IMG/VR virus record: IMGVR_UViG_3300038722_000002
Span: 19,540-83,539 of that record
Reading direction: 5' to 3' (one strand)
DNA: 64,000 nt
Source: a virus
Shown here: positions 19,802 to 27,545 of the stretch, in pieces
Layout of the letters: the number at the start of each line of letters is the position of its first letter
Numbering within the stretch: position 1 is the stretch's first letter
The notes under the pieces: model-generated
Told to the model about the DNA's origin: nothing
What the model saw: the letters and a program-made list of their open reading frames with translations, nothing else
Database searches by the model: none
Program-made: the position numbers and the translations under genes

Positions 19802-20389
19802 CTACTTCACGTCTGCCTTGGCTTTAGCCTTGGAAGCAGATTTGAAATCTAAGTTCTTATGTAATTGTTTATCTGTAAGAGGAGCTTTAGGCTTCATCTT
19901 CTTACCAGCAAAACTAGCTAGGCTCAACACGGGAGCTGATTGAGTATCACTGGTCTTCTTATTTTCCAACTCCTTCTCTTTCTGGTCTATCTTAGCCAGT
20001 GTGTTAGAGTTGAAGAATCTGACTACTTCGAGTTTTGAAGTCTCTTTAACTTCTTTACTGTTGAGGAACCAGACCAGTGTATCAAGCGCCTCTGCCGAGT
20101 GGCGTAGAATCTTCGCTTTATACGCATCAGGAGCCTCCACCTTGCCCTCTAGGATCTTTCTATGTGTCTCTAGTAGTTGTATAGCTATTTTACGCTTAGC
20201 TGACTCTGAGCCTTTCCTGAGCAACGTCACCATGACATCAGCAGCCTTTAGGCTATACTTGTCCGTCACAGCGTCCCAGTTGTTAATAGCCCTACTCTTG
20301 TTCTTTGAACCTTTCTTACGTCCCGCTGAGATACGGGGGTCTCCTTTTACAAAGCGTCCATTGTTAGGAGCTTTCTTCTTAGTCATCAT
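19802..20389 (-). CDS. Putative terminase small subunit
   Basis: N-terminal GRFVKGDPRISAGRKKGSKNK motif typical of TerS-like proteins; upstream of terL. Confidence 0.65.
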   Translation of the reverse strand: MMTKKKAPNNGRFVKGDPRISAGRKKGSKNKSRAINNWDAVTDKYSLKAADVMVTLLRKGSESAKRKIAIQLLETHRKILEGKVEAPDAYKAKILRHSAEALDTLVWFLNSKEVKETSKLEVVRFFNSNTLAKIDQKEKELENKKTSDTQSAPVLSLASFAGKKMKPKAPLTDKQLHKNLDFKSASKAKAKADVK

Positions 20390-20404
20390 TGCTCCTATTA
20401 GGAT

Positions 20405-20560
20405 CTACTCTTCTGAATCTAAGTTAATATCATCAGGAAATTCTTCTGCACCCAAGACAGCGATATGACATTCTTCACAAACTTCGTCGTCTATCTGGAC
20501 AACTTGCTTAAATGGTAATCTAATATCCAAGGAGCATTCACGACAATGTTTGTGTGACAT
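20405..20560 (-). CDS. Small CxxC...CxxC acidic protein (51 aa)
   Basis: Manual translation MSHKHCRECSLDIRLPFKQVVQIDDEVCEECHIAVLGAEEFPDDINLDSEE; SD GAGGT; first gene of the virion operon. Confidence 0.65.
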   Translation of the reverse strand: MSHKHCRECSLDIRLPFKQVVQIDDEVCEECHIAVLGAEEFPDDINLDSEE

Positions 20561-20665
20561 TATCACCTCTGTGAGTGTTAGTTGTTATTTAGGGGTTGAC
20601 ACGTCCGAAAGGACATGAGATACTTCTGTTTACTGGGGAGTTTATTTCCTCCCTCTATAATATGT

Positions 20666-20695
20666 ATTCTGCTACTAACTTTTGCCATTTGTCAA
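20666..20695 (-). promoter_or_regulatory. Promoter of the virion operon (TTGACA-N18-CAGAAT class)
   Basis: Minus strand reads CTTGACAAATGGCAAAAGTTAGTAGCAGAATA, a near copy of the promoter at 21034-21063. Confidence 0.65.
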
Positions 20696-20732
20696 GTAAT
20701 TTTTAACATTTTTTACAAAAAAAGGGAAATTA

Positions 20733-21044
20733 ATGAAAAATATGAAGAATTTACCTCCTATTCCACATGAATCTGAGGTCAAACAGGCGTTTTATGGACA
20801 CATCCAAGAGACTCTATCCAGTGGGTCGTTGAATATTCCTGATGTTGGACTGCAAGAAATCACATCATTTAGCGGAGGACACATCGGTTATAACAGCCCT
20901 ATTAGCATCCTAAAGAGTGAAAATACAGACCTTCTCCTCTATTCTGTCGGGGGTATCGGCACACTAGATGTCTATAATAACTACTCTGAAAGGCAAGAAA
21001 TGAATGTATTTGTCCGTAAAGCTAAGAAAGTGCTTGACAAATAG
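20733..21044 (+). CDS. Hypothetical protein
   Basis: 103-aa ORF between two divergent promoters; upstream TTGACA-N17-GATACT at about 20596-20624. Confidence 0.6.
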   Translation: MKNMKNLPPIPHESEVKQAFYGHIQETLSSGSLNIPDVGLQEITSFSGGHIGYNSPISILKSENTDLLLYSVGGIGTLDVYNNYSERQEMNVFVRKAKKVLDK

Positions 21045-21063
21045 ATTAAATTAGTAGCAGAAT
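21034..21063 (+). promoter_or_regulatory. Promoter (TTGACA-N18-CAGAAT class) upstream of structured RNA 1
   Basis: CTTGACAAATAGATTAAATTAGTAGCAGAATAG. Confidence 0.65.
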
Positions 21064-21069
21064 AGGAAT

Positions 21070-21630
21070 TAGAGTAATACAGAAGGTGTGGTTGTAAGAC
21101 TACACCTGTACAAAATACATCACAATATACATTCCACCTGAGTGTGTATTCTAATGTATTTATACATAGAGGCGTTTCGGCAAGGTTTCCCTCGCGTGGT
21201 AGCAAAAGCAAAACCCGACATATTGGTATATATGGAGCTGTAATGGATGACAGCGTTGAAGTGTAGTATCAAGAGTATACAATAACAAATCCTAGCTCTG
21301 ACGTCCTCTGTCAACTGGGTAGGTGGAAATGGAACAAGGCCCGATCACTAAACATACCGAATACCCTAAGATAGTCGTAGGTATGTTTACTCACTAGGGT
21401 TAAGTAGTGGGAGAATGCGTGTACCAAGGGGCAGGTCACGATAACGCAGAACCGATGACGTTATAGAGTAAACTCTTTATTTGGAATAAGTAATAATGAA
21501 AGTGACCAGTTAGGTCATATTACTTATATTGTACTTTACTAGGTACAATGGTTATATCTTTCAAGCAGTTATATATTATTAGAATATAATTGTTAGGATA
21601 GACCACCGAATAGAGAGGGCCTAGTTGCAT
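21070..21630 (+). ncRNA. Large structured non-coding RNA 1 (~550 nt, unclassified)
   Basis: More than 10 hairpins with G-U pairs and a GNRA loop; long-range helices 21168-75/21301-09 and 21312-18/21621-27; possible pseudoknot 21132-39/21321-28; has its own promoter. Confidence 0.7.
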
Positions 21631-21654
21631 CTGAAACTTGAGAATGGAGAGAAT

Positions 21655-22458
21655 ATGGGTGATTTACTACTGAAATTTAATGTACTAAAAGAGATAGAAG
21701 GGAGTGATGAAAACTCCTTCCAGCAGTTCGCTAATGATATGGCTTTGAAATACGGTATATTAGGAACTACTAATACAGTGATAGATTCGCTGTGGACTAA
21801 GAAGCGGCTGAACGTGAAAGACTACTTGCCTCCTAAGAAGAAGAAACGTAAGAAGCAGGAGAGACGTGGCTACCACTACAGTCCTAACGCAGACCTAGAG
21901 TGGTTATCCTTGAGACGTGATGTGATTAAGGTATTAGGAACTCGGTGTCTTTGCTGTAGAAAGAAACCAAAGAAGACTAAAGACCTACACGTTGACCACG
22001 TTCTACCAAGGAGTAGACATCCACACCTAACGTATGACATAATGAACCTTCAAGTGTTGTGTAAGACGTGTAACTACGATAAGTCAGATATACACGCAAC
22101 GGATTACAGGACAGACGAACAACGAGAGAGGTTATTGATTATGAAGGGTGTTAGAGGTAATTGTGTTGTGAGTGAGGATATGGTAGATGATGTGTATGAT
22201 GTACTAGGGGATATCCCCACTGAATACCTACAGGAGCTACACAGCTTACTTGAGAAGACGAAGAACAGTAAAGTAATGCTAGAGGTAGAGAATGATAAAC
22301 TATGCTCTGTAGTGTACCTGATAAGCTCTAAGGGCAGACATGTCGCCCACTGTAGTAAGAATAAGATAGTTGTCCGTGAGTATCGCAACTGGAGCAACGA
22401 CAACCGAGAGTTTAAGAATATAACCAAGGAGTTGTTGATTAAATGCAGGAAAGATTAG
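21655..22458 (+). CDS. HNH endonuclease with a Lys/Arg-rich segment and an extra C-terminal domain
   Basis: CLCC...LHVDHVLPRS...NLQVLCKTCNYDK HNH/Zn motif. Start moved from TTG 21625 to ATG 21655, which follows a GGAGAG SD. Confidence 0.85.
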   Translation: MGDLLLKFNVLKEIEGSDENSFQQFANDMALKYGILGTTNTVIDSLWTKKRLNVKDYLPPKKKKRKKQERRGYHYSPNADLEWLSLRRDVIKVLGTRCLCCRKKPKKTKDLHVDHVLPRSRHPHLTYDIMNLQVLCKTCNYDKSDIHATDYRTDEQRERLLIMKGVRGNCVVSEDMVDDVYDVLGDIPTEYLQELHSLLEKTKNSKVMLEVENDKLCSVVYLISSKGRHVAHCSKNKIVVREYRNWSNDNREFKNITKELLIKCRKD

Positions 22459-22661
22459 AAGAGTTTATAAATAAGTTAAAAGAAAGGTTGACGGCAGAAT
22501 GGGGAGACACTATAATCGTCACCAAGATACAGGCAAGAGGATATGGCCCTACAATGAATGTGATACAAATTAAGAATAAAGGACTTGCAGAAACATACGG
22601 AGTGTGGGAGACTAGAACAACTGGAGGGGGTAGCTTAGTGCAGTGGTGCTACTTCACATAA
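22443..22661 (+). CDS. Hypothetical protein
   Basis: 72-aa ORF overlapping the HNH stop; also contains a sigma70-like promoter, so its coding status is uncertain. Confidence 0.4.
   Translation: MQERLEEFINKLKERLTAEWGDTIIVTKIQARGYGPTMNVIQIKNKGLAETYGVWETRTTGGGSLVQWCYFT
22488..22516 (+). promoter_or_regulatory. Sigma70-type promoter upstream of the tRNA-like RNA cluster
   Basis: TTGACG-N17-TATAAT. Confidence 0.7.
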
Positions 22662-22668
22662 GATTAAC

Positions 22669-22708
22669 GGGTAGCTAGGAATTTGGAGGTTAAAATCCTC
22701 CCTGCCCT
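22669..22708 (+). ncRNA. tRNA top-half mimic (acceptor stem plus T arm only)
   Basis: GGGTAG/CTGCCC acceptor-like stem stacked on a GGAGG-TTAAAAT-CCTCC T arm; a 10-nt linker replaces the D and anticodon arms. Confidence 0.5.
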
Positions 22709-22911
22709 AACCTACGAGCTGTGTGACTACAGCTAGTACAGCCCTGTACGATGAGAAGTAAGTTGTGGTGACTTGCATGGGAGGCCGCGTAAGGTGGGCT
22801 GAAAACACCTCAGTCTTGTACAATGACTTAAAACTTAGGGGTGGAGCTTCGGTGTAGAAATCTTTGAGAGGTGTATCCAGTTGCTAGTCTGGTTAAAATT
22901 AGCACGAATTA

Positions 22912-23032
22912 CGGGGTGTAGCTTAAAAGGTAGAGCAGTTGGGCCAGCCGCCGCTAACTAGTATCGCGCAAAGGCGTTGACTAGTATCGGAAAGGGCGCT
23001 AATCAGTACGGTCTCGATAACCGTCACCCCGT
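22912..23032 (+). ncRNA. tRNA-like RNA with the anticodon loop replaced by a 56-nt extension
   Basis: Acceptor CGGGGTG/CACCCCG, TA at positions 8-9, D arm GCTT-AAAAGGTA-GAGC, stem GTTGG/CTAAT, T arm ACGGT-CTCGATA-ACCGT. Confidence 0.75.
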
Positions 23033-23051
23033 CTTAGTTAAGGAGAGATGT

Positions 23052-23327
23052 GTGTATTTTAAAAAGAAACCAGACAGGCGTGTAGGGGATCTGTATTGGG
23101 AACAGTTATCTATGTGGGATAGATCACCTACTGATGCAGTTGACATGTACAGCGAAGATGGGTTTCACTTCGAGCTTAGGTTAATTACAGAGGTGAGGAG
23201 TGCTACGGGTTGGAGTAATAGGTTTGTGATGTGGGATGAGTTAACATCTGAGCAGATAGAGGGGCTTGTACCTCAAGAAGGACACAACTGGTCACGGATA
23301 ATGGGGAACGTAGAGGACTTTAGTTAA
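23052..23327 (+). CDS. Hypothetical protein
   Basis: Track ORF 22977..23327; start moved to GTG 23052 (AAGGAG SD) because the upstream part lies in the tRNA-like RNA. Confidence 0.65.
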   Translation: MYFKKKPDRRVGDLYWEQLSMWDRSPTDAVDMYSEDGFHFELRLITEVRSATGWSNRFVMWDELTSEQIEGLVPQEGHNWSRIMGNVEDFS

Positions 23328-23552
23328 ATGACAAAACTGATAAAACCACACGAGGCGTGGAAAGAGGTTGTCCACACCGCTAGGGATAATATCGATAACC
23401 TTAACGACTTCAAGGAAGATACAGCAATCGTATGGGCTGACAAGGAGTTGCAGAACTATAAGAGGGCTATGATGGCCTTGGCTACAAGGAGTAACTCACA
23501 GGATGATCTATCCTTGATAGACACAATGGTAAGACGGGCGGAGGCACAATGA
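23328..23552 (+). CDS. Hypothetical protein
   Basis: ORF with GAGG SD, abutting its neighbours. Confidence 0.7.
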   Translation: MTKLIKPHEAWKEVVHTARDNIDNLNDFKEDTAIVWADKELQNYKRAMMALATRSNSQDDLSLIDTMVRRAEAQ

Positions 23553-23725
23553 GCGCACTAAGAACTAAAGAAGTAGTCCCCCTAGTAGAAGAAGCTCACA
23601 ACCGAGGACTATCACTATCAAGGTCTAATGACCTAGATACACATTCCTACTTACTAATTGGACTCTTTGAAATAATCTCTGAGATGAGGGATGAGATCGA
23701 TTTACTACAGGAGAAATCAAAATGA
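23549..23725 (+). CDS. Hypothetical protein (58 aa)
   Basis: Manual translation MSALRTKEVVPLVEEAHNRGL...; ATGA overlaps at both ends; GGAGG SD. Confidence 0.6.
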   Translation: MSALRTKEVVPLVEEAHNRGLSLSRSNDLDTHSYLLIGLFEIISEMRDEIDLLQEKSK

Positions 23726-23916
23726 CATATTTCACAATGAGCACATTCAGATCGAAGGAAGACCTGTACAAAGCCAAGGCAGAGTACCTAGAGAGCGCCC
23801 TCAAGCAGATCGTTGATGCACACCAGCTTGATGACTCCGTGTGGAAGGAGGATGATTTGTGGTGTACTGATCAATCGGAAGGGGAGTATCCCTTAGTGTG
23901 GGGTGAGTTGAAATGA
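23722..23916 (+). CDS. Hypothetical protein
   Basis: ORF with AGGAG SD. Confidence 0.65.
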   Translation: MTYFTMSTFRSKEDLYKAKAEYLESALKQIVDAHQLDDSVWKEDDLWCTDQSEGEYPLVWGELK

Positions 23917-24059
23917 GTAGTGACAATACACATAAGGTGCTTGCAAGAGAGACACCAACTATGTATAATGACCCCTTGGGTTGTTTAACTAAATGACGGC
24001 AAAGTAAAAAGTTTCCGAGGCTTCCCTCTTTGCCAGAAGACTACACATAAGGAGAACAA

Positions 24060-24215
24060 ATGATATCAGAAGTAACAATCTCAACTGAGAAACTAGAATA
24101 TTTATATCAACGAGATCAATTACTATCAGCACTAGAAGCAGCAGGTGTAGATAATTGGGAAGGATATGACTGTGTAATAGAATCACTACTACAACAATGG
24201 AGAGAAGAAGTTTGA
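24060..24215 (+). CDS. Small phage protein (ALEAAGVDNWEGY motif)
   Basis: Manual translation MISEVTISTEKLEYLYQRDQLLSALEAAGVDNWEGYDCVIESLLQQWREEV; TAAGGAG SD. Confidence 0.7.
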   Translation: MISEVTISTEKLEYLYQRDQLLSALEAAGVDNWEGYDCVIESLLQQWREEV

Positions 24216-24487
24216 TTGAAGAACAACAAGATATGTTTAAGAAAGAAGTAACAGTGTTCACAAGTGGTTGGTGTACTAACTGTAAGCCCGTCAAGCACTA
24301 TCTAAGCCTCTTAGAACAAGAAGGGGTGGTAAGTGTAGAGTATGCCGATGTAGACGCTCTAACGGCCTCTCAGCAGTCTCTAAAAGAACAACACAATATA
24401 CTGAGTATTCCAGTAGTCGTCTATGGAGATAAGACACTGATTGGAAGTAAGACTAAGCAAGAGATTATGACTTTTCTGGAGGTTTAA
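24197..24487 (+). CDS. Thioredoxin/glutaredoxin (NrdH-like)
   Basis: WCTNC redox motif and SIPVV cis-Pro loop; directly upstream of nrdA. Confidence 0.88.
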   Translation: MERRSLIEEQQDMFKKEVTVFTSGWCTNCKPVKHYLSLLEQEGVVSVEYADVDALTASQQSLKEQHNILSIPVVVYGDKTLIGSKTKQEIMTFLEV

Positions 24488-26280
24488 TGACTATAGAAGA
24501 ATATAACGGTATCACTATTGATTATTCAAGAGATGCCGACCTTCCCGAACAAGGCAAGGTGATGTTGACAAAGAAAGGGTTTTACAAGAAAGACTATGAG
24601 GACTCCCCACAACAGGGATTCGCCAGAGCAGCTAACTGTTTCAGCTTCGGGGATAAAGCATTTGCACAACGAATGTACGATTACATGAGTAAGTTGTGGT
24701 TTACCAACGCTAGTCCCGTACTATCTAACGCAATAGACTTCACATGGCCTGAGAATCTAAGCTTTGACGAGGCTGCTGAGTGGTTGGAAGGTAATATTAC
24801 ACCTGATGGACTACCTATCTCCTGCTTCCTTCCAGATATTCCTGACACTAAGGAGGGGCTTGTATCGACGGCAGCGGAGGTTAAGTGGTTATCTATGATG
24901 GGTGGTGGTGTAGGTGTGTATGCAGGAATGCGCTCACCTGACGAGAAGTCCACTGGTGTAATGGCACACATGAAAGAATATGATGCTATCGCCTTAGCCT
25001 ATAAGCAGACTGAATCACGGCGGGGGAGTATCGCAGCATATTTAGATATAGATCATCCTGAGATCATATCCTTCCTAGAGATGCGTAATCCTGTAGGAGG
25101 GGAGATTAATAAGAAATGCTTCAACCTTAACAATGGTGTCAATATTCCAGACTCCTTCATGGAAGCCGTAATAGCAGGAGATACTTACCCACTTATTGAT
25201 CCTAAACATGGGGACACAGGTCGTGAGTTAGATGCGCGTGAAGTATGGGAGAAGCTGCTGGAGCTGCGTAAGGAGACAGGTGAGCCGTATATCATGTGGA
25301 AGGATACAGTTAACCGTATGCTACCTGAGTGGATCACACGTCCTTTGTATAAGGTTAAGCAAAGTAATTTATGTAGTGAAATAACCTTAATGACATCTAA
25401 GAAGCGAACAGCGGTATGTTGCCTTAGTTCTCTGAATCTTGAGAAATATGAAGAGTGGAAAGACACAACTATCGTGGAAGACTTGATTCGTTACTTAGAT
25501 AATGTTTTAGAGTATTTTATCCGCTTGGCACCACCTGAACTACATAGGGCTGTGAACTCAGCTAAGAAAGAGAGAGCTATAGGACTAGGTACACTAGGGT
25601 TTCATGCTTATTTACAAAGCAAGATGATCTCGTATCAGTCGGGTGGATTGAACAGTGCATCGCATGAGAATCACAGGTTATTTAACCTTATCAAGACGCG
25701 AGCAATTGCAGGGTCTAGGCAGTTAGCCAAGGAACGCGGAGAGGCAAGGGACGTAGAGGGTTCAGGTATGCGTAATAGTCATCTATTAGCCGTAGCACCT
25801 AACGCAAGCTCTAGTAGTATTGCAGGGACAAGTCCGAGTATCGAGCTATGGTCAGCCAACGCATTTAATGCTCAAGGACGTGCGGGTAGTTTCCTGATCA
25901 AGAATAAGTATCTTGAAAAATACCTAGAAGGTGTAGGTAAGAACACCAAGGAGGTATGGAGTAGCATTATCGCCAATGAAGGAAGTGTGTACCACTTAGA
26001 TTTCATCCCAGATGATGTTAAAGAAGTGTTTGCTACGTCCAAAGAAGTTGATCCTATGTGGGTTATCGAACACGCAGGTATACGGGCACCATTAGTATGC
26101 CAAGCTGTTAGTAATAATTTAACGGTGCCTTCTAATATCACCAAACAACGGATGTCGGACATCCATATGAAGGCTTGGCGTAAAGGGGTTAAGACGTTAT
26201 ATTATTGCCGTAGTGAAGAAGCAATGAAGGCTTCCGTAGGTAGTAGTTATGAAAGTGAATGTTTAAGTTGTGAAGGGTAA
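24487..26280 (+). CDS. nrdA: Ribonucleotide reductase class Ia alpha subunit (no ATP cone)
   Basis: PISCF, SNLCSEI, AVAPNASSS and KTLYY motifs; C-terminal CLSCEG. Confidence 0.96.
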   Translation: MTIEEYNGITIDYSRDADLPEQGKVMLTKKGFYKKDYEDSPQQGFARAANCFSFGDKAFAQRMYDYMSKLWFTNASPVLSNAIDFTWPENLSFDEAAEWLEGNITPDGLPISCFLPDIPDTKEGLVSTAAEVKWLSMMGGGVGVYAGMRSPDEKSTGVMAHMKEYDAIALAYKQTESRRGSIAAYLDIDHPEIISFLEMRNPVGGEINKKCFNLNNGVNIPDSFMEAVIAGDTYPLIDPKHGDTGRELDAREVWEKLLELRKETGEPYIMWKDTVNRMLPEWITRPLYKVKQSNLCSEITLMTSKKRTAVCCLSSLNLEKYEEWKDTTIVEDLIRYLDNVLEYFIRLAPPELHRAVNSAKKERAIGLGTLGFHAYLQSKMISYQSGGLNSASHENHRLFNLIKTRAIAGSRQLAKERGEARDVEGSGMRNSHLLAVAPNASSSSIAGTSPSIELWSANAFNAQGRAGSFLIKNKYLEKYLEGVGKNTKEVWSSIIANEGSVYHLDFIPDDVKEVFATSKEVDPMWVIEHAGIRAPLVCQAVSNNLTVPSNITKQRMSDIHMKAWRKGVKTLYYCRSEEAMKASVGSSYESECLSCEG

Positions 26281-26290
26281 GGAGAATTAA

Positions 26291-27301
26291 TTGTCAGTAT
26301 TTGAAAGATCGAAGGCGTATAAGCCTTTTAAATTCCCTAAGTTGGTTGAAGAGGAGAAGAAGCATAGGATTGATATGTATTGGCATGAGAATCAGACAGA
26401 CTTATCTGATGATTTACGTCAATATCACAGCAAAGAGGGTTTGAAGACGGAGAATGTCAGCCATGAGCGACACAAACTCCTACTAGAAAAACTACTCCCC
26501 TTGTTTACAGCATCCGATACAAGCGTCTCGGAGGGGTATGCAAAACTACTACCTCACGCAAATAATAATGAGATACGTGGGTTACTATTCACGCAAGGCG
26601 CAAGAGAGGTGACACATTATCGTGGGTACGCTCTAGCTAATGAGACTTTCGGGTTTCCTGAGTCTAGCTGGGAAGAGTTCCATGAGTACAAGGAGATGCA
26701 AGATAAAGTGGATCTCATGTTAGCCGACGTGGGGGATTTATCTAACAAGCTTAACTGGTGTAAGCAATTGGCGGTTGTATTACTAGGTGAAGGTATATCA
26801 CTGTTTGGTAGCTTCTGTCCTCTCTTGAACCTGAAACGATCAGGGCTATGTGTAGGTTTTAATGATATTAACCAGTGGAGCCTCATAGATGAAGCTCACC
26901 ACATCAGTAATAATATCTACATTCTACGACAAGCATGGTTGGAGTTATCTAACGAGGAAAGAGATGAACTATGTACTTTCATTCTTGAATGTTCTCAAAG
27001 GTATGTTGATGCAGAACACCGTTTCATTGAGTTGATCTTTGAAGATGGGCCACTGGAAGACTTAACTGAGGCGCAACTGAAAGGGTACATTACGTATTTA
27101 GGTAAGCATTGGTTACGTGAGCTAGGGTTGATCGGATCGTTGGATGTCCCTGAGAATACGATTGAATGGATGGACTGGATGCTATCAGGTGTTAAGCATG
27201 ATAACTTCTTTGAGAAGAAGGTTACATCCTACTCTCATAATGGACTACAAGGCGATGTCGATTATACAAAGTATCTAGGAGATGAACTAAATGACTATTA
27301 A
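26291..27301 (+). CDS. nrdB: Ribonucleotide reductase class Ia beta subunit
   Basis: Di-metal ligands and radical Tyr: FTASD, REVTHYRGY, GEGISLFGSF, DEAHH; NFFEKKVTSY. Confidence 0.95.
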   Translation: MSVFERSKAYKPFKFPKLVEEEKKHRIDMYWHENQTDLSDDLRQYHSKEGLKTENVSHERHKLLLEKLLPLFTASDTSVSEGYAKLLPHANNNEIRGLLFTQGAREVTHYRGYALANETFGFPESSWEEFHEYKEMQDKVDLMLADVGDLSNKLNWCKQLAVVLLGEGISLFGSFCPLLNLKRSGLCVGFNDINQWSLIDEAHHISNNIYILRQAWLELSNEERDELCTFILECSQRYVDAEHRFIELIFEDGPLEDLTEAQLKGYITYLGKHWLRELGLIGSLDVPENTIEWMDWMLSGVKHDNFFEKKVTSYSHNGLQGDVDYTKYLGDELNDY

Positions 27302-27536
27302 GATTACACAGAAAGGCTCTACTGTTTCCTTATCAGGAGACATTAAAGTTATGAAACAAGTGATAGCTGCTTCAAGTCACATTCAAGGTGATGTATTTAA
27401 CGGGTGTGAGCTGCATTATGACGATCCACTACACCCTGATAATTGTTGCGGAACATTGGAGCAAATAATCTCAGATGTAGATGTGTCAGATAACAAAGTG
27501 GTTGTACATTGCGACTTTAAACCTACAGGGGAGTAA
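27291..27536 (+). CDS. Hypothetical protein
   Basis: ORF with AGGAG SD overlapping the nrdB end. Confidence 0.65.
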   Translation: MTIKITQKGSTVSLSGDIKVMKQVIAASSHIQGDVFNGCELHYDDPLHPDNCCGTLEQIISDVDVSDNKVVVHCDFKPTGE

Positions 27537-27545
27537 CGAACAAGG

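Noticed and set aside
1042-20468. Plus-strand ORFs in the track (e.g. 1042..1392, 8031..8459, 14442..14969, 20001..20468)
   Set aside because: Antisense shadows of well-supported structural genes, with no SD or recognisable motifs.
20981-21314. Minus-strand ORFs 20981..21211 and 21120..21314
   Set aside because: Short, lacking SD and overlapping the structured RNA; likely spurious.
21070-21630. Group I or II intron interpretation of RNA 1 (TAAGATAGTC resembles the S element)
   Set aside because: No properly placed P7 partner, no domain-V-like hairpin recognised, and no interrupted gene flanks it.
22912-23032. Canonical tRNA or tmRNA
   Set aside because: There is no 7-nt anticodon loop. It is far too short for tmRNA, keeps a full D stem and has no tag ORF.
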